Origin: Phallusia mammillata
Lineage: Eukaryota
NCBI GenBank assembly: GCA_965637545.1
Contig: OZ281498.1
Span: 3,844,001 to 3,908,000 of the forward strand
Direction of reading: 5' to 3'
DNA length: 64,000 nt
Shown: in pieces, positions 60,801-64,000 of the stretch
Position numbering within the stretch: position 1 is the first letter of the stretch
Layout: every line of letters begins with the position of its first letter
Notes under the pieces: generated by a model
The model's database searches: none
Told to the model about the DNA's origin: nothing
The model's input: the letters and a program-made list of their open reading frames with translations, nothing else
Position numbers and translations under genes: made by a program

Positions 60801-63800
60801 ATTCGTGTGTCTTGTAATAGCTCCCAAATTAAATATTTTGTAATTTACAGGAGTAGATGTGGTGCTGAATAGTTTATCCGGTGAAAAACTGCAGGCGAGC
60901 ATCAGATGTTTAGCTGAGAACGGAAGGTTTCTTGAAATCGGAAAACACGACTTGGCCAAAAACTCCCTGCTTGGTAAGAAACTCACCACACACTAGATAG
61001 AATAATGTTCAAATATTTTCAATATGGTCCATTTGCTTCTTGTGGACGTCTTGGGATGGAAATCTTTTACCGGTCGATTTTTTTAGAAATGTCTCATTTC
61101 TTGCGCAACATAACTTTCCACGGCATCTTGCTTGATTCTCTATTTTCTTGTAATAAACAAATTTGGGAAGACGTGCGAAGTCACGTGAGCGACGGAATAC
61201 GATTTGGTGTGGTTAAGCCGTTGCAAGTTAAATCGTTTGCAAGGTAATTCAATTATATTCAAACTAAAAAAGGCCTACAAAATATGCCTTGTTAAGGAAC
61301 GATGTGGAATCAGCATTCAGATACATGTCAAAGGGCCAACACATTGGAAAGATAGTTGTTCACGTTGGAAGCAAGGTTGATACAAATTTAAAGTCAAGGT
61401 ATTCGGAAATTCATTCCACTCCTGTGTTTAGATGTATAAACTAATTGTTTTTGTTAAGAACTGTTTGTGACCCGAATCTGACTTATGTCATCACCGGAGG
61501 ACTTGGTGGTTTTGGTTTGGAAGTCTGTGATTGGTTGGTTGGTCGTGGGGCTCGTCACCTTTTAATTGTTTCAAGTCGACGAGGTTTGTACAACAGATTC
61601 TAATTTGAGATGCGACCATTATCAACATTTTAGTCGTTTTTCTTGTTTCTGAGACAATTGCTTGATATAAATTCTAACATTTTTTGACAGGCGTCAGTAG
61701 TGCTTACCAGGACAGCTTCATAAACGACTGGAAAGAGAAAGGCATAAAGGTCGATATCTCAAGCGCTGACATAACAGACAGGATCGCCGTCAGCAAGATT
61801 TTGAATGATTCCATTGGTGGGATATTTCACCTCGCTGCGACCTTGAGAGATGGCTTGTTCGTAAACCAATCCAAAGGAAATTTTGAAACGGTTTATAATC
61901 CCAAGTGTCTGGGAATAGACTGCCTGGACAGGTAAGTTTTCCCGCGTTTAATTATCGAAACTAACCTGCAATATTTGGCGCTTGTTTCAGCAAATGTTGC
62001 ATTTATAGAGTGTCTCGCAAAATTTGCAAGAAACTTCGCTGGTTCGTCGCATTTTCGTCAGTGGTGAGCGCTGGGGGGAACATCGGGCAAACAAACTACG
62101 GACTCGCAAACTCATACATGGAGCGAGTTTGTGAAGCGAGAAAAAGAGACGGATTGCCGGGACTAGCAATTCAGTGGGGGCCGATTGGTGAAGTTGGGAT
62201 GGCTGCTGACATCCAAGCAACAATTGCCGGTGTGGTACCATGTCCCGTGCGGTTATGTCTTAAGGTAAATGTTTCGAACTTTATGTAACGTTCATGGATT
62301 ATTTAAAAATTAGTTTGGTTTTCCCATGGCGAAGTAATCTACAATTACACATTGTCAGTCCCATATACTTATGCGTAGGTTGGTAATAGAGTTGCAACTC
62401 ATTAGTGTATTTCACTAGAGTTGAAGTAAAATAGAGGAAATAATGGGGTTTCATTTCTAAGTAGGAATAAGAGTTTAAAATTTCACCTAGATGTATTGCT
62501 GGTGTGGCCAAAAAGCTTCAAAAAATTGACATAAAGGTTTATTTTTTGCACTATTCTCATTGTATGAACTTATTATGTATAGTAATAATCTTGTTTTTTT
62601 AATTTTATTTTTTATTGATGGCAGGACTTGGACATTTTTCTGACCAATAAAGACGATACAGCAACTGTTGTTTCAAGTTTGGTTCCTGCTCCGAACACAA
62701 AGCCCGAAGAAAAGTCAAGAAAAGAATCCGTCTCAGAGATTATTGCAAATATACTCGGATTAAAGGTAACAACATACAAAAGTAATGTCTGAATTACCCC
62801 TACATCGTAATACAAATCGAACTTACCGTACCACGCCATCTATGTTCCAGACGTCATCTGAGATAGTCGTTACTTCAACCATGTCCAAATACGGCATGGA
62901 CTCGCTGATGTGCATCGAGCTTAGTCAAAAAATCATGCAAGAGTATGACGTTACTATTTCTGTCGAGGACGTGCCTCAAATGAGCCTACAGGACATTGAA
63001 CGCACAATTGCAACAAAAACCTCCAATGTTGTCAACGTTGATGCCGAGGATGATTATGAAGACTACGATGCGCCCAAGAGTCAGATACTCAAACGAATTT
63101 GTGATTTGCTTCAACCGCGCCCGGAGAATAGTTTTTGTGTCAAGTTAAACGACTCAAAAGAAAATCTGTCGCCTTGGTTCTTTTTTTCAGCGTTGGGCCG
63201 AAGTACTTATCTTTACGAAGACATAACATCGCTCCTGGCTGCACCAGCGTATGGATTTCAAGCTACAGATGGTGACACAAGCGGGTCGATTGTGGAGATG
63301 GCAAACAAATGTGGCAAAGAAATTGGAAATCGCCGTATTGTGAACTTGGTAGGATTTTCTTTCGGCGCTGTCTTGGCAATCGAAACGGCATTACAGATGC
63401 AAACGGAAGCTGAAAAGATCAACCTTGTCCTCATCGATTCTTCCCACACATTCATACCACAGAGAATTGATGTAAGAAATATCTTATCTTTTTAAATGTA
63501 ATGCGGAAAACTTTTGTCAATACAGCATCCATTTGGGTTTTTTTCAGACTCATTTAAACCACGCCGGAGAGTTTGTTGATGTGGAACTTAACGCAATGAC
63601 GACATATGTCAGGGAACTTCTGCTAAATCGCGATTTTCAAGACATTTTTAATGTTTTGTCTAAAAGTTCAAACACTATTGATCGAATTGATAAAATGGTC
63701 CGAATGGTCAGGGAAATCTCTCCAGATTGCTCAAGGTGAATGAATTCAGAACAATTCCACGGTATGGGACACAAAATAGGCTATTGAGTTAATAAATGTC

Positions 63801-64000
63801 TTTTTCAGAATCAACCTCACCAAGTCGTTGCTCCGTTTTGCTAAGGGTTTAAAAGTTGCCACTAACTACGTCCCGGCGTCACGTCTCACTTGTGACGTCA
63901 CGGTGGTGATGCAGTCGAGAGCGCAGTCGAAGGATTATGACGTAGGCGAAATATGTGATGGCCGCGTGAAGATTGTGAGGTTGGATGCTCATCACCATAA
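51848..64000 (+). CDS. FASN: FAS-like megasynthase copy B (KS-AT-DH-psiMT-ER-KR-ACP-TE); open frame, last ~20 codons beyond the window
   Basis: Exons 51848-51974, 52322-52474, 52624-52797, 52982-53189, 53395-53528, 53598-53695, 53758-53968, 54056-54262, 54334-54504, 55453-55640, 55762-55951, 56017-56246, 56326-56514, 56582-56864, 56933-57121, 57323-57562, 58023-58197, 58301-58608, 58676-58858 (GC donor), 58908-59081, 59170-59324, 59384-59545, 59612-59724, 59789-59927, 60033-60210, 60281-60431, 60500-60798, 60851-60973, 61087-61243, 61297-61398, 61459-61583, 61691-61931, 62009-62264, 62625-62765, 62851-63471, 63548-63735, 63809->64000. All catalytic motifs present. Confidence 0.92.
54546..55408. 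mobile_element. hAT MITE (863 bp) in FAS-B intron 9
   Basis: CAGGGGTCACCAA termini; exact TSD ATCTAAAT. Copy A has the single empty site at 30303-30310. Confidence 0.9.

Overview
Eukaryotic, AT-rich, gene-dense and intron-rich animal DNA. The gene set and exon structures are chordate-like, and a tunicate is my best guess, unproven. 1-18.4 kb is a tight block of seven genes: an EF-hand/coiled-coil gene (5' end outside the window), a PDZ+3xLIM gene, OTUD3, MRPL47, an intronless GGNBP2, UBXN10 and NDUFB5. 21.5-64 kb is a large inverted (head-to-head) duplication of a 37-exon type I fatty acid synthase-like megasynthase (KS-AT-DH-psiMT-ER-KR-ACP-TE, about 2410 aa). Copy A (minus, 33116-21537) has an in-frame TAA just before the ACP. 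Copy B (plus, from 51848) is open to the window end. The 18.7-kb spacer holds a mirrored pair of decayed FAS 5' fragments, an intact 5-exon MADF/BESS-like gene near the centre, a promoter micro-inversion, a decayed hAT transposon and many MITEs with recognisable target-site duplications. Exon structures were traced by hand from splice sites and reading-frame continuity. No database searches were run, so family assignments rest on recalled motifs.
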